Below are positions 23,253-34,432 of a stretch of 40,105 bases of DNA, in pieces. The stretch lies in assembly GCA_964517345.1 (NCBI GenBank), contig CAZFBZ010000003.1:1-40105 (forward strand), given 5' to 3'. Each line of letters starts with the position of its first letter. The first letter of the stretch is position 1. The notes below the pieces were generated by a model that saw only the letters and a list, made by a program, of their open reading frames with translations, did no database searches and was not told the DNA's origin. The position numbers were made by a program, and so were the translations under genes. This DNA is from an uncultured Candidatus Peribacteria bacterium (GTDB taxonomy: Bacteria > Patescibacteriota > Gracilibacteria > Peribacterales > Peribacteraceae).

Positions 23253-26231
23253 TCACAAAGGGCTGAAGTCTAATGCAAGAAGCTTCGCCCAGACCTCGTC
23301 GACGAGACCTTTCAGCTCCTCGCGCTCCGCGTCGGTCACGACGAAGCTGCGGGTGACCGGGGCCTCCCCCCTCTCACCGATGTACTCAAGAACAAACGCT
23401 TCGGGCTTCAGCAGGGGGTCGGCTTTCTCAAGGAGAACGGCATAGAAGGCCAGCTGGCGGAAGTGGCTTCCAGCATCGGTACGCGAGATCGAGCCGGGTT
23501 CGAGTCCGCCACGGATCTCGCCTTCGGCTTTGCCTTTGCCTGCCTTGTAGTCGATGACGGTCGCGGCTGCAGAGGTGGCCGAGGCGCGGTCAATGCGGTC
23601 GATCTTGCCCTTGATGGGCACGTCGCCCAGGTGCGCCTTGTATTCGCGCTCCACACCGTGGAGGAACGGCCGCGCATCGCTCAGGCGCTGCTCGTAGTAG
23701 CTGGGAAGAGACAGCCTCCCCAGATCCAGCAAGTCCGACCGCTGTTTCTCGGTGAGGATCGTGCGCTCGTTCAGGTACCACTGAAAAGCCTCAAGCAGTT
23801 CATCTGTGCTGAACTCGCGCTTCTCCTGGAGCGCCGTTGCCCACTGACGCAACGCCCAATGCACGGCGCTGCCGTAGCCAAGACGACGAACGGCGGCTTC
23901 GTCGAAGTGCTCCGGTTGCGTGAGCAGATCGACCAGCAGGAATTCCTGCGGATCGCGGAGGAAGCGGTTGAGCGATGTGGGGGAGAGCGCGAATGTCCGG
24001 AGCCGCTCCTCGATATAGCCCTGTAATGCACCGTCGAGAGCTCTGGCTTTGGGGAGCAGCAGCAGCGACGCCTTTGCGGGGTCTTTCAGTGCGCCCTCTT
24101 CCTCCGGCAAATCGCCCATCTCTGCGAAGAATCCGGACGGCGAGATATCACGGGTTTTCACACCGACCGCAATCTCGCGCGGGCAGGTCAGAAGCAGTTC
24201 ACCACGCGCGCGGGTCATGGCGACGAAGGCCACGCGCCGCTCATCCTGGTGCTGCTCGAATTGCTTCTGGTCTTTCTCCCAGCCGAACAGCAGATCTTCG
24301 GGCAGCGCCACGCCGGACCGCCGGGTGCGCTTGTCCCAGTGGCCATCGCGGAAGTTGGTCAGGATCACGACGTCGAACTCAAGTCCTTTGCTTTGATGCG
24401 CGGTCATCAGGCGCACGCCGCCTGTGGAGAGATGGGGCAGCTCGTAGGTGATGCGGATCTGGGCGTAGGCGGGATCGGTATAGAACTCGAGGTCGGCGAG
24501 AAAATCCTTCAGGCTGCACGCGCGCTGCTCCAGGCACCGGTCTTTGACGTGCGCAAAGAATGCCTCCAGCGCCGCCAGATCGCGCGGATCGATGGGGGAA
24601 TCGGCTCCGGCCTCGGGCTGGGGGATCAAGCCGCAGTCTCGCAAGACGTGCTCGACCGACTCCAGCGCCGTGCGTGAGACGATCTTGCCGTGCAGGTCCA
24701 GCAGCAGGTCGCGGGCCTTCTCCAGAACTGGACGGTTGATGAGCACGAGCTCCCCCTGCGGCGGCAGCGTGACGAGCAGGTCGTGCAGCGGGGATTTACG
24801 TTCGCGCTGGAGAACATGCAGACGCCCGAGATCTGCCGGATGCACTCCGAAGCACTCGCACGCGAGAGCGGAGGACAAGCGCTCGTCTTTCATGGGCTTC
24901 TCGATAGCGCGCAAAATCGTGATGGCCTGGAGGACTAGCGGGTGCGAGAGCAGATCATCTTTGCCGCGCATAAGGGCGGGGATCGCGCGGGCGCGCATCA
25001 CGTCGAAAAGCGGAAAGAGCTCGTCGTTGGTCTGCGTGAGGATGGCGATCTGCTCGGGGCGGACGCCGTCGGCGAGGCGCTGTTCCACGAGATCGGCGAC
25101 GAACCACGGCTCGGCGGTGTCGCTGGGCGGACGGAGGAGGCGGGGCGGGGCGCCGGCTTTCTTGGTCGCGGCCGTAAGGAGTTTTTCGAGGCCGGGGATC
25201 CGGCCGACCAACCGTTCCTCGTTGTGCTCGATCACGCTGCGCGCGGCGTCGAGGATCGCCTGCGTGGACCGGTAGCTGACCGTGAGCGCGATGACGGGAG
25301 CTTTCGGGAACCGCATGTGGAACGAAAGCATGTTGGCGAGATTCGCGCCCTGGAACCGGTAGATCGCCTGGTCATCATCGCCGACAACGAAGATATTGGG
25401 CTCGTTCGGGACGTTCGCGTAGGTCGTCAGCAGCTCGATCAGACGATACTGGGCGCCGTTCGTGTCCTGAAATTCGTCGACCAGCACGTACTGATATCTC
25501 TCCTGGAGCCCTTGCAGAAGCCAATCTTCCTCGGTCAGGGCCCGAATGACATGGAGGATCATGTCGTCGTAGTCGTAACGCCCGGTCTTCTCCATCATCT
25601 GCTGGTACGCGGCGAAGATGCGGATGAAATCGCGGAACTTGCGGGCAGCGAGGATGTTTTTCTCGTGGGCCTTGGTCCCCTTCTTGCTCTTGCCCGCCAT
25701 CTGCTCGTCATAGGCGTCCGCGGCGCGCTCCAGGTCGGCGAGCGACTTCCCTTCGCGCTTCACCTGGCTGATGCGCGAGAGCAGATCGGGGGATTTTCCG
25801 TATGGATCTTTGGGATTGATGAGCTCCATCCCCGTGCCGATGGCATCGATGATCGTGTTCATCTCCCGGACTTTTTCCAGATCGGAGATCTGCTGTCGCG
25901 CGGCCCATTCATCGAACAGGAACGCATTGTCCTGGATGACGGACTGTGCGAAGGCATGGATGGTAGCAACGCGCACGCCGTAGGCGTCGGGCCCGATGAG
26001 CGAGCGCAGGCGGTCGCGCATCGCCGTCGCGCCGCTCACGGAGAACGTGAGGCAGAGGATGTTCCCCGGACGCATCTGGGTTTTTTTCAGGATGTTCGCG
26101 ACCCGCATGGAGACGACCTGGGTCTTGCCGGTACCCGGACCCGCGATCACCATCACCGGACCTTCGATGGTATCCACCGCCTGTTTCTGGGCGGGATTCA
26201 GCCGGGCGTATTCTTTCTCGAAGCTCTTCAT
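23253..26231 (-). CDS. UvrD/PcrA-type superfamily-1 DNA helicase fused to a C-terminal PD-(D/E)XK (RecB-like) nuclease domain
   Basis: Helicase motifs are AGPGTGKTQV (I), VDEFQDTNGAQY (II), VGDDDQAIYRFQGA (III), TAHQSKGLEFD (V) and VAFVAMTRAR (VI). The C-terminus carries GSAVHWAL, GKIDRID, VIDYKAGK and FRQLAFY, which are the nuclease motifs. It has no Cys cluster, so it is not of the Fe-S AddB/Cas4 type. Confidence 0.95.
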   Translation of the reverse strand: MKSFEKEYARLNPAQKQAVDTIEGPVMVIAGPGTGKTQVVSMRVANILKKTQMRPGNILCLTFSVSGATAMRDRLRSLIGPDAYGVRVATIHAFAQSVIQDNAFLFDEWAARQQISDLEKVREMNTIIDAIGTGMELINPKDPYGKSPDLLSRISQVKREGKSLADLERAADAYDEQMAGKSKKGTKAHEKNILAARKFRDFIRIFAAYQQMMEKTGRYDYDDMILHVIRALTEEDWLLQGLQERYQYVLVDEFQDTNGAQYRLIELLTTYANVPNEPNIFVVGDDDQAIYRFQGANLANMLSFHMRFPKAPVIALTVSYRSTQAILDAARSVIEHNEERLVGRIPGLEKLLTAATKKAGAPPRLLRPPSDTAEPWFVADLVEQRLADGVRPEQIAILTQTNDELFPLFDVMRARAIPALMRGKDDLLSHPLVLQAITILRAIEKPMKDERLSSALACECFGVHPADLGRLHVLQRERKSPLHDLLVTLPPQGELVLINRPVLEKARDLLLDLHGKIVSRTALESVEHVLRDCGLIPQPEAGADSPIDPRDLAALEAFFAHVKDRCLEQRACSLKDFLADLEFYTDPAYAQIRITYELPHLSTGGVRLMTAHQSKGLEFDVVILTNFRDGHWDKRTRRSGVALPEDLLFGWEKDQKQFEQHQDERRVAFVAMTRARGELLLTCPREIAVGVKTRDISPSGFFAEMGDLPEEEGALKDPAKASLLLLPKARALDGALQGYIEERLRTFALSPTSLNRFLRDPQEFLLVDLLTQPEHFDEAAVRRLGYGSAVHWALRQWATALQEKREFSTDELLEAFQWYLNERTILTEKQRSDLLDLGRLSLPSYYEQRLSDARPFLHGVEREYKAHLGDVPIKGKIDRIDRASATSAAATVIDYKAGKGKAEGEIRGGLEPGSISRTDAGSHFRQLAFYAVLLEKADPLLKPEAFVLEYIGERGEAPVTRSFVVTDAEREELKGLVDEVWAKLLALDFSPL

Positions 26232-26238
26232 GGCCCAA

Positions 26239-26247
26239 AGCGTAGCA
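26239..26247 (-). promoter_or_regulatory. Extended -10 element TGcTACGCT, 7 nt upstream of the helicase ATG
   Basis: The minus strand reads TGCTACGCT-ttgggcc-ATG(26231). The divergent TACAAT (26286-26291) lies 8 nt upstream of ATG 26300. Confidence 0.4.
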
Positions 26248-26299
26248 CAGGGCGGTCATCCGCTGGACAGAGGCCCCGAGGTTCATACAATTCCCGGCC

Positions 26300-26992
26300 A
26301 TGCGCAGGATCCTCGTCGCCGACACGCATCCCTCACGCCTGCAGGACAGCGCGGAGGCGGCAGCGGCTATGTACCCGAACATACCCGTCGGAAGCCTCTA
26401 CTGGAAAAGCAACGGCGATTTCTTGGCAGACAGCAACGCCCCTTCTGAGGCCGTCACCCGGACGATCGAGGAGGCCAGGATCCGCTCGGGCCTGCGGCTC
26501 CTGCTGATCTGCAATATGACGGGCATTGAAGAGAACGCCCCTGCACTGGCGCTGGCGCGCCGGCTCCGCCGCCGGGCGACGGTCCTGCTCAATTCCTGCA
26601 AGTCGCTGACGGAAATGCGCGATTCCCGGCCGGACGAAGTCGGCGAGCTGGAACGCCATTCCCGTCTCCTGCACTGCACCAACAATTCGACCTTCAATTT
26701 CGACGCTGCGCGCGATTCGATACAGCTCGACGCTGCCCCGGACGTCCGTGATCGCGCGGCTATACGCGCGCACCATCAGGAGATCGACCGGGCAAGGGCG
26801 CGTCACGTCCGCCTGTTGCACGGCAGAGCGGTCGCGCGGTCGCTGCTGGCGCTCCACGGAAACCATTCCTTCGGGCTGGACAAGAACGACTGCGATCCGC
26901 TGCGGGAGATGCCACCCGGCCCGGAGTTCTCGGGCGCCTACACGCGCCTTGCCCACACCGAGGAGCTGCTGGAATTCCTGGAACGGGACTGA
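26300..26992 (+). CDS. Hypothetical protein (possible degenerate receiver-like N-terminus)
   Basis: The ATG is preceded by TACAAT at the leaderless spacing. The N-terminus MRRILVAD...RLLLICNMTG...VLLNSC loosely resembles a CheY-like fold with Asn where the phospho-acceptor Asp would be. This resemblance is weak and was judged by eye only. Confidence 0.5.
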   Translation: MRRILVADTHPSRLQDSAEAAAAMYPNIPVGSLYWKSNGDFLADSNAPSEAVTRTIEEARIRSGLRLLLICNMTGIEENAPALALARRLRRRATVLLNSCKSLTEMRDSRPDEVGELERHSRLLHCTNNSTFNFDAARDSIQLDAAPDVRDRAAIRAHHQEIDRARARHVRLLHGRAVARSLLALHGNHSFGLDKNDCDPLREMPPGPEFSGAYTRLAHTEELLEFLERD

Positions 26993-26995
26993 CGC

Positions 26996-28480
<1,485 letters not shown>

Positions 28481-28593
28481 GGAAAATCAGAATAAAGAAA
28501 TGGGCGCAGGGCCCCAACACCTTACAGGGTAGGGAAAGACGACGCCGGGGGGAAGAGGGAACGCGTGTTTCGTGGGGGAAAGCGCCGGACGGC

Positions 28594-30345
28594 TCAGCCG
28601 GCCTTTTGCATCAATTTGAGCAGCTGCTGGTACTGGTTCTGGAGCTGGGCCTCCTCCGAGACCTTACCGGAGCCCCGGGCTTCCACCAGCCGCCGGGTGA
28701 TTTCCTGCTGCTTCAGCCGGAGCATTTCGCGGTTCGCGCTCACGCAGTTGCGCCGAATCTCGCGCGAGGCCAGCGAATCGGACCACTCGGTGAAGCCGTG
28801 ATGCTCGCAGTAGAGCGCCAGGATGCCCGCGCGTTCGCGGTGCTCGTCGGGGAGATCGAGCATGTCCGGGGTGATGCGTGCGCCCGCCTCAATGGGCTTG
28901 CTGAGCGCCTGATGCAGCGCGGCGGCCATGCCGTCCGGCGGCGGAATGAGCTCGGAGAGCAGCGCGAGCAGTTTGGGGTAGAAGAGGAAGATGCCGAGTG
29001 CGATCTCCACCGAACTGAATTCCTCGGTCTTGCGCTGTGCAGGAACACTAGCCTTGGGCTTCCCGATCGGCGCGGCGTCAGCCATCACCAGCTGCAATTC
29101 CTGGGAAATATCCGTCGAGGACTTTCCGAACACCGCTCCGGCCTTCTCGATGTAATCCCCTCTCTCCACGACCGACGGCAACGCATTGATGAGCCGCAGC
29201 AACCGCTGGAGTGCCTCGCGTTTCACCGCGGGCGCGGTCAGATCGAGACCGCGGGTCTGGGCGAGGACGGCATCCAGATACGGCGTCGCGCCGGTCTCCA
29301 GCAGAGATTTTAGCAACTCGGGGTCTTTCTCCAGCGTCTCGCTCGGATCTTTCCCGGGCAACACAACCGCATCGACCTGCAGGCCTTCGGCCGCGAGAAG
29401 CGGGAACGCGCGCTCCATGGCGTCCTGTCCCGCGCGGTCCTGGTCCAGACACAGGATGACACGGTCCGCATAGCGGCGCAGCAGCGCGACGTGGTCTTCG
29501 GTCAGCGCGGTGCCGCAGGTGGCGACCGCGTTGGTGGCGCCGACACGGTGGCAGGCCAGCACGTCGAAGTAGCCTTCCACGATGACGACGGCCTTGGTGT
29601 CGCGGATCTTCTCTTTGGCATGGTGCAGGCCGAACAGCATCTTGCTCTTGTGAAAGACGATGCCATCCGACGAATTGATGTATTTTGCGTCATCGTCGGC
29701 CAGCGTCCGTCCGCCGAATCCCGCGATCACCCCCTGCGCATCGTGGATTGGAAACATCAGGCGGTTGCGGAAACGATCATAGATCCGCTCTTCGCGCAGC
29801 TCTTTCTGGATGCCGAGCCCGGCGGCGATGATTTCTTTGCGGCTGAAGCCCTGCTTGAGCAGATGATCGTAGGTCGCGGTGTAGGACTCCGGCGCGACGC
29901 CGATCTCGAACTGCTCGATCTGCTCCTGCGGGACAGCGCGCTTGGCGAGATACGCTGCGGCTTTCGCGGATCCGCCCAGATGATGACGATAGAAGGCAAG
30001 CGCGCTGAGGAGACACTCGCGGGCACGTTCTTTCTCATCTTTTTTGGGGCCGGCCGGGCCGGCGCGCTTCTCCAGCGTCACACCCGCTTTCTCGGCAAGT
30101 TCCTTGAGCGCCTGGGGGAAATCCACGCCCTCGATTGCCTGGTAGAAGCTGAAGATGTCCCCGCCTGTCTGACAGGCGAAGCAGTACGCAATGCCTTTGT
30201 CCGGCGAGACGAGGAGGCTCGGCTTGGAATCGTTGTGAAACGGACACAGGCAGACGAAACTCCGGCCTTTCTTCTGCAACTGGCAATACTGCGCGACCAG
30301 CTGTTCGATCGGGAGACGCGCCTTGATGTTGGTGATGTCGTCCAT
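28594..30345 (-). CDS. dnaG: DNA primase DnaG
   Basis: Has the CHC2 zinc finger CPFHNDSKPSLLVSPDKGIAYCFACQTGGD, an RNA polymerase core, and TOPRIM (VVIVEGYFDV ... LCLDQDRAGQ). The track start is a TTG at 30366. ATG 30345 (MDDITNIKARLPIEQ) is the more typical start. It lies directly upstream of rpoD, the classic arrangement. Confidence 0.95.
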   Translation of the reverse strand: MDDITNIKARLPIEQLVAQYCQLQKKGRSFVCLCPFHNDSKPSLLVSPDKGIAYCFACQTGGDIFSFYQAIEGVDFPQALKELAEKAGVTLEKRAGPAGPKKDEKERARECLLSALAFYRHHLGGSAKAAAYLAKRAVPQEQIEQFEIGVAPESYTATYDHLLKQGFSRKEIIAAGLGIQKELREERIYDRFRNRLMFPIHDAQGVIAGFGGRTLADDDAKYINSSDGIVFHKSKMLFGLHHAKEKIRDTKAVVIVEGYFDVLACHRVGATNAVATCGTALTEDHVALLRRYADRVILCLDQDRAGQDAMERAFPLLAAEGLQVDAVVLPGKDPSETLEKDPELLKSLLETGATPYLDAVLAQTRGLDLTAPAVKREALQRLLRLINALPSVVERGDYIEKAGAVFGKSSTDISQELQLVMADAAPIGKPKASVPAQRKTEEFSSVEIALGIFLFYPKLLALLSELIPPPDGMAAALHQALSKPIEAGARITPDMLDLPDEHRERAGILALYCEHHGFTEWSDSLASREIRRNCVSANREMLRLKQQEITRRLVEARGSGKVSEEAQLQNQYQQLLKLMQKAG

Positions 30346-30422
30346 GGGGGGAACAGGATAGCGCAAATACCGGAGCCCAACGAGCGCAAGGAATGTTCTC
30401 GGAACAACATGTTTGACGATTG

Positions 30423-31766
30423 ATGGAAAATACGCAGAATACGCGCGTGCGAAACGAAAGAATCAGTCCGCAAACAGCAACCGCGCAGCTCCGCGAGGTG
30501 GGAATGATGAATGTCCCGGGCTTCGCGCCACGCTGGCGGGCGGCGCGGAATCAGCTGCCTGCCCGTCCGGTCGAGGATGTGCTGGACGAGGTGCTGCGGG
30601 AATCCGTGCCCGCGCTGTCGCACGACAGCCTTCGCCACCGGGTCCGCACGCGATTGCACGATACGATCCTTGGCGCCCTTCCCGCGCACGATTATGTTAT
30701 CTGTGGGACGTCCGGTTCATCGTTCATCCGGCTTGCGGAGATGTACCAGGGCGGACAGGCAGTTGTTCAGGCGTACTGCAGCACCGAGAATGTCGCGCAC
30801 CCGCTGAGCGCGGTAAAGTTGATGACGCCGGGAGGCAGCGGCTCGCTGTCGCTGGAGCAGGAGAAATTTTTCAGACGTGAAACGCGCGCGATGCAGCGGC
30901 TGCAGGGACAAGGGCTTCCCGTGGCGGTATTGCAGGATCAGGGAAAATCGACGGAGTCCGATCGTCCATGGCACGCGACGCGCCATCTGGCCGGTTTTCC
31001 TCTCGGCCGTCTGCTGGAGCACGGCCCGCTGTCCATCGACGCCGCATCACGGATCGCCGCTGCCGTCGCGCTGGGACTGGAGGGAGTACTGCGCAACGAC
31101 ATCTGCCACCAGGACATAAAACCCGCCAACCTACTGCTGACCGACAACGGTGTGCCGCGCATTACGGACTTCGGCCTGTGCGAGCTGTTTGGTGAGCCGG
31201 ATGACGGAGCGGTCTCGCCCGGATGCGTCGTGGGCACGCCCCACTTCATGGCTCCGGAGCAGGCCCGGGGTGACCGTCTGGGCGAGAGGACCGACGTCTA
31301 CGGACTCGGCTGTACGCTGATTCACCTCACGACAGCAAGGGAGCCAGATCAAGACCGCGGCATCATGGATGTTCTGAGCCGCCGCGGCCGGGGCGAAATG
31401 CCCGATGAACTCAACGCGATCGGACACCGGACGGTCCGGGACTTCATTGCGCGCATGATCGCTCCGCGCGAACAGGAACGGCCTCTGCCTCTGCGCGTCG
31501 CCAGATTTTTCTATGGCATCGCGCGCAGCTATGCCCAGGATCGCAAGCGCGCGGGCATGGATACGTGCGGGGAAGCCGACAGGTCATTCGATCAGTGGAC
31601 AGAGCTCCCGTTGAGCCATAAGGGCGTGAGATTCGCGTGGGGCATGGCCATGGCCCCGGAAGACTTCCCGATCCCCTATTCCTCGTACACCGACCCCGAG
31701 ACAATGCGCGTGTCCCTGCTCGAAGCACACCCGCAGAACCCAACGTTCCCGCGTTCCAGCACCTGA
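30423..31766 (+). CDS. Hanks-type Ser/Thr protein kinase, cytoplasmic, with divergent N-lobe motifs
   Basis: Carries CHQDIKPANLLL (catalytic loop), ITDFG, GTPHFMAPE and DVYGLGCTL. The Gly-loop is degenerate (ICGTSGSSF) and the candidate Lys lies in AVKLM. There is no TM segment. The track start 30420 is a TTG immediately before ATG 30423. Confidence 0.8.
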   Translation: MENTQNTRVRNERISPQTATAQLREVGMMNVPGFAPRWRAARNQLPARPVEDVLDEVLRESVPALSHDSLRHRVRTRLHDTILGALPAHDYVICGTSGSSFIRLAEMYQGGQAVVQAYCSTENVAHPLSAVKLMTPGGSGSLSLEQEKFFRRETRAMQRLQGQGLPVAVLQDQGKSTESDRPWHATRHLAGFPLGRLLEHGPLSIDAASRIAAAVALGLEGVLRNDICHQDIKPANLLLTDNGVPRITDFGLCELFGEPDDGAVSPGCVVGTPHFMAPEQARGDRLGERTDVYGLGCTLIHLTTAREPDQDRGIMDVLSRRGRGEMPDELNAIGHRTVRDFIARMIAPREQERPLPLRVARFFYGIARSYAQDRKRAGMDTCGEADRSFDQWTELPLSHKGVRFAWGMAMAPEDFPIPYSSYTDPETMRVSLLEAHPQNPTFPRSST

Positions 31767-31769
31767 GGT

Positions 31770-33200
31770 TCAGGATTTCGCGACGACCCAGCGTGGCAGA
31801 CGGTTCTTGAGCTTGCCGTCGCGCGCGAGTCCCACGCCAACGGGGATATTTTTGTAGAGAAGAACAACGTCGCCGGTCAGGTGCGGCTCGCACGTCGTGT
31901 CGTGGCCATCGAGGAGATCATCGAGTTGCTTGTCGCCCAGGACGCAGATGTTCTTCGTCGCCTGCGCGCCGCGGAGGATCGCCGTCTCGTGGCTCAGACG
32001 GATGCGTCCGCCATCCAGACGCAGTGCGAACGGCAGACCGAGCGAGTAGTCGGCGACCGGCATGCGGAATTCGGCGACATCTTCCGTCGCCAACAGCAAC
32101 TGATCGGTGCGCGCGAAGAGCCGGTCCGTGGGCGCGAGGAACGTGGCACCGTAGTGGCGCTCCAGATCCTTGCCTGCCTCCTCTTTGCGGATGCGCGGCA
32201 ATTCCTCCTCCTGGAACCGCACGGGCTGCAGCTTCTCGCGGTGGCGCGTCGGCGCGGTTTTGCGCAGGACCGCACAGAAGAAGCCTTCGGTGTCGTAGGT
32301 CTGCGGCCACAGGCGCACGAGGGGCAGCGGCTCAGCCGGTACGCCTTCCAGTCCTCTCTGCATCCGGAACGACGACTCGACGGCGTCGCCGAGTACCGGG
32401 AACTGCGTGCGCGGATCGACCACTTCCAGTTGCGTCGGAAATTTGCGGAGCAGCGAGAGTACGACCTCCTCGTTTTCCTCGGGCGTGAGCGTGCATGTGG
32501 AATACACGATGACGCCGCCGGTCTTACACGCGTCGATTGCAGACTCCAGGAGCTCGCGCTGGAGGCGGGCCATCTTGCCGATGTTGTCGATGCCGCAGTA
32601 TTCGAGTGCGTCGGAGTCCTTGCGAACCGTGCCCTGCGCAGTGCACGGCGCGTCGCACAGCACGCGATCGAAGCGCTCGGTCATGTGGCGCGCGAACCAC
32701 TGCCCGACTTTCTTGGTGACAATCACATCGGTGGCGCCGGACCGCTGCAGCGAGTTCTTGAGCGTCCACAGGCGCTTCTCCTGTACGTCGTTGGCCACGA
32801 TCACGCCGGTGCCCGCCATCCGCGCCGCGATCTGCGTCGTCTTGCTGCCGGGCGCTGCGCTCATGTCCAGCACGCGCTCCCCGGGCTGCGGATCCAGCAA
32901 CGCGACAGGAAGCATGCTCGCGGCCTCCTGCATGTACACGTGCCCCAGCAGGTGCAGCAGGTCTTTGCCGAGTGCGACACTGCGATCCTCACGGTCCACG
33001 TAGAACGCCTCGGGGCACCAGGGCACGGGCGTCAGCATCCAGCCCTTCGCCTCGCCCCAGGCGCGCACCGCCTCGACGGTGGATTTGAGCGTGTTCACAC
33101 GCATGCTTTTGCGCAGCGGCTTCAGACTGTAGGCACAGAGCGCTTCCAGGTCCGTATAGGGGCCGTAGCGGTTGAAGCTGGCAAAAGAGGGCTGTTTCAT
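31770..33200 (-). CDS. RNA cytosine-C5 methyltransferase, RsmB/RsmF (NOL1/NOP2/Sun) family
   Basis: Carries VLDMSAAPGSKT (SAM motif I), DAPCTAQG (motif IV Cys), VYSTCTL (motif VI Cys), and a C-terminal RsmF-like extension. I moved the start to ATG 33200, which has TATGCT 8 nt upstream. Confidence 0.9.
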   Translation of the reverse strand: MKQPSFASFNRYGPYTDLEALCAYSLKPLRKSMRVNTLKSTVEAVRAWGEAKGWMLTPVPWCPEAFYVDREDRSVALGKDLLHLLGHVYMQEAASMLPVALLDPQPGERVLDMSAAPGSKTTQIAARMAGTGVIVANDVQEKRLWTLKNSLQRSGATDVIVTKKVGQWFARHMTERFDRVLCDAPCTAQGTVRKDSDALEYCGIDNIGKMARLQRELLESAIDACKTGGVIVYSTCTLTPEENEEVVLSLLRKFPTQLEVVDPRTQFPVLGDAVESSFRMQRGLEGVPAEPLPLVRLWPQTYDTEGFFCAVLRKTAPTRHREKLQPVRFQEEELPRIRKEEAGKDLERHYGATFLAPTDRLFARTDQLLLATEDVAEFRMPVADYSLGLPFALRLDGGRIRLSHETAILRGAQATKNICVLGDKQLDDLLDGHDTTCEPHLTGDVVLLYKNIPVGVGLARDGKLKNRLPRWVVAKS

Positions 33201-33282
33201 CGGGGCAGAGCATAGGGCAAAACGCCCTGTGGCACCCGCGGATCGTTGACGCGAAACAGGAGAATGCGGACGATACGAGCCC

Positions 33283-33897
33283 ATGAAACAAGCCGCGTGC
33301 CTCACAACAGATCCAAGCAAGGCCGCGCTCCGGCTGGCCGGGGCGGCGATGCGCCTGAGAGAGCTCGATCTGCCCAAGCGCGGTCTGGTGTTCGACATGC
33401 ACGGCCGGAGCCACAATCTGAGTGCAAGTCTCGCGCACCTCGCGGGCATCAAAGAGGCCGATCAGATACCCATCTCCGGAGGGACACGCCAGGTGCTGGA
33501 AACGCTCTGCATGACAGACAGGCGGGAGGACGTGGGTTACGCCATCGCCGCATTTGAGTTGCACCATGCACCACTCCCCGATCTCCGTAACGTCCTGGAA
33601 GAGACACGCAGGCTCGTGGGGGAGAACGGCGTGGTGCTCTTCGCCGACTACGCCCTGTTGGGATGGGAGCAGCAGGTGGCGGAGGCATGCACGACGACAC
33701 AAGCCGAACAGGGACAGATCGAAGCATACGGCGGATTCGCGTCGTGGTTCACCGCCCACGCGGAACTGACGCGCCAGCGCATGGAACAGGCCGCGCTCAT
33801 GGCGGGATTCTTCCAGGTGGAAAGCAGTGATCTGCCCGCCGGCCGCGCGGTGGTGCTCGCATACGGGCATCACACGTCAGATCAGGAATTACTCTAA
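33283..33897 (+). CDS. Hypothetical protein, possibly a divergent class I methyltransferase fold
   Basis: GLVFDMHGRSH, AAFELHH and ENGVVLFADY sit at roughly the positions of motifs I, post-II and III. The similarity is weak. Confidence 0.45.
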   Translation: MKQAACLTTDPSKAALRLAGAAMRLRELDLPKRGLVFDMHGRSHNLSASLAHLAGIKEADQIPISGGTRQVLETLCMTDRREDVGYAIAAFELHHAPLPDLRNVLEETRRLVGENGVVLFADYALLGWEQQVAEACTTTQAEQGQIEAYGGFASWFTAHAELTRQRMEQAALMAGFFQVESSDLPAGRAVVLAYGHHTSDQELL

Positions 33898-33901
33898 GCG
33901 C

Positions 33902-34432
33902 TCACTCCCCTGCTCCGCCCTTACGGAATGCCGCGAGTTGTTTTTCCACGTCGCCCTCGGCGACTGCCCGGGCGATCCGCGCCCACACCAGCTCGCGCTG
34001 ACACTCACCATGACGCAGCGCCTCCAGAATCGCGCCCACCTCGGGCCCGAGAAATTCTTTCATGCGCTCAAGACGCTCGCGCTTCTCGTTTTCGCCTAGC
34101 GAACCATCATCTCCGCCGAGCCCCATTGCGAGCAACCGGTTGCGCACCGACGGCTTGGAACGCAGACGCTCCGCGACGCCTTCTCCGCCCGTGGCAGGCA
34201 GACCGCGTCGTCCGGCAAACAGCGCCTGCAGGCGTTCCTGGGTCCAGTCGTATACCTGGAATGCGATGCGGCCGTTGAGACCCGTCTCGCGTGAGTGGGT
34301 GACAAGCTGTTCATACCCCGTCCCGGTGAGGGGCATGCCGTGCTCCAGCATGTACTGGATGCAGCCGAACGCGAGGACATCGACGACATCTCTGCCGAGC
34401 GGCGATTCGGTGATATCGGGGCTTTTTCGCAT
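33902..34432 (-). CDS. Hypothetical protein
   Basis: Has protein-like composition and no recognised motif. I prefer ATG 34432 over the GTG at 34483, which would overlap the divergent promoter. Confidence 0.45.
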   Translation of the reverse strand: MRKSPDITESPLGRDVVDVLAFGCIQYMLEHGMPLTGTGYEQLVTHSRETGLNGRIAFQVYDWTQERLQALFAGRRGLPATGGEGVAERLRSKPSVRNRLLAMGLGGDDGSLGENEKRERLERMKEFLGPEVGAILEALRHGECQRELVWARIARAVAEGDVEKQLAAFRKGGAGE

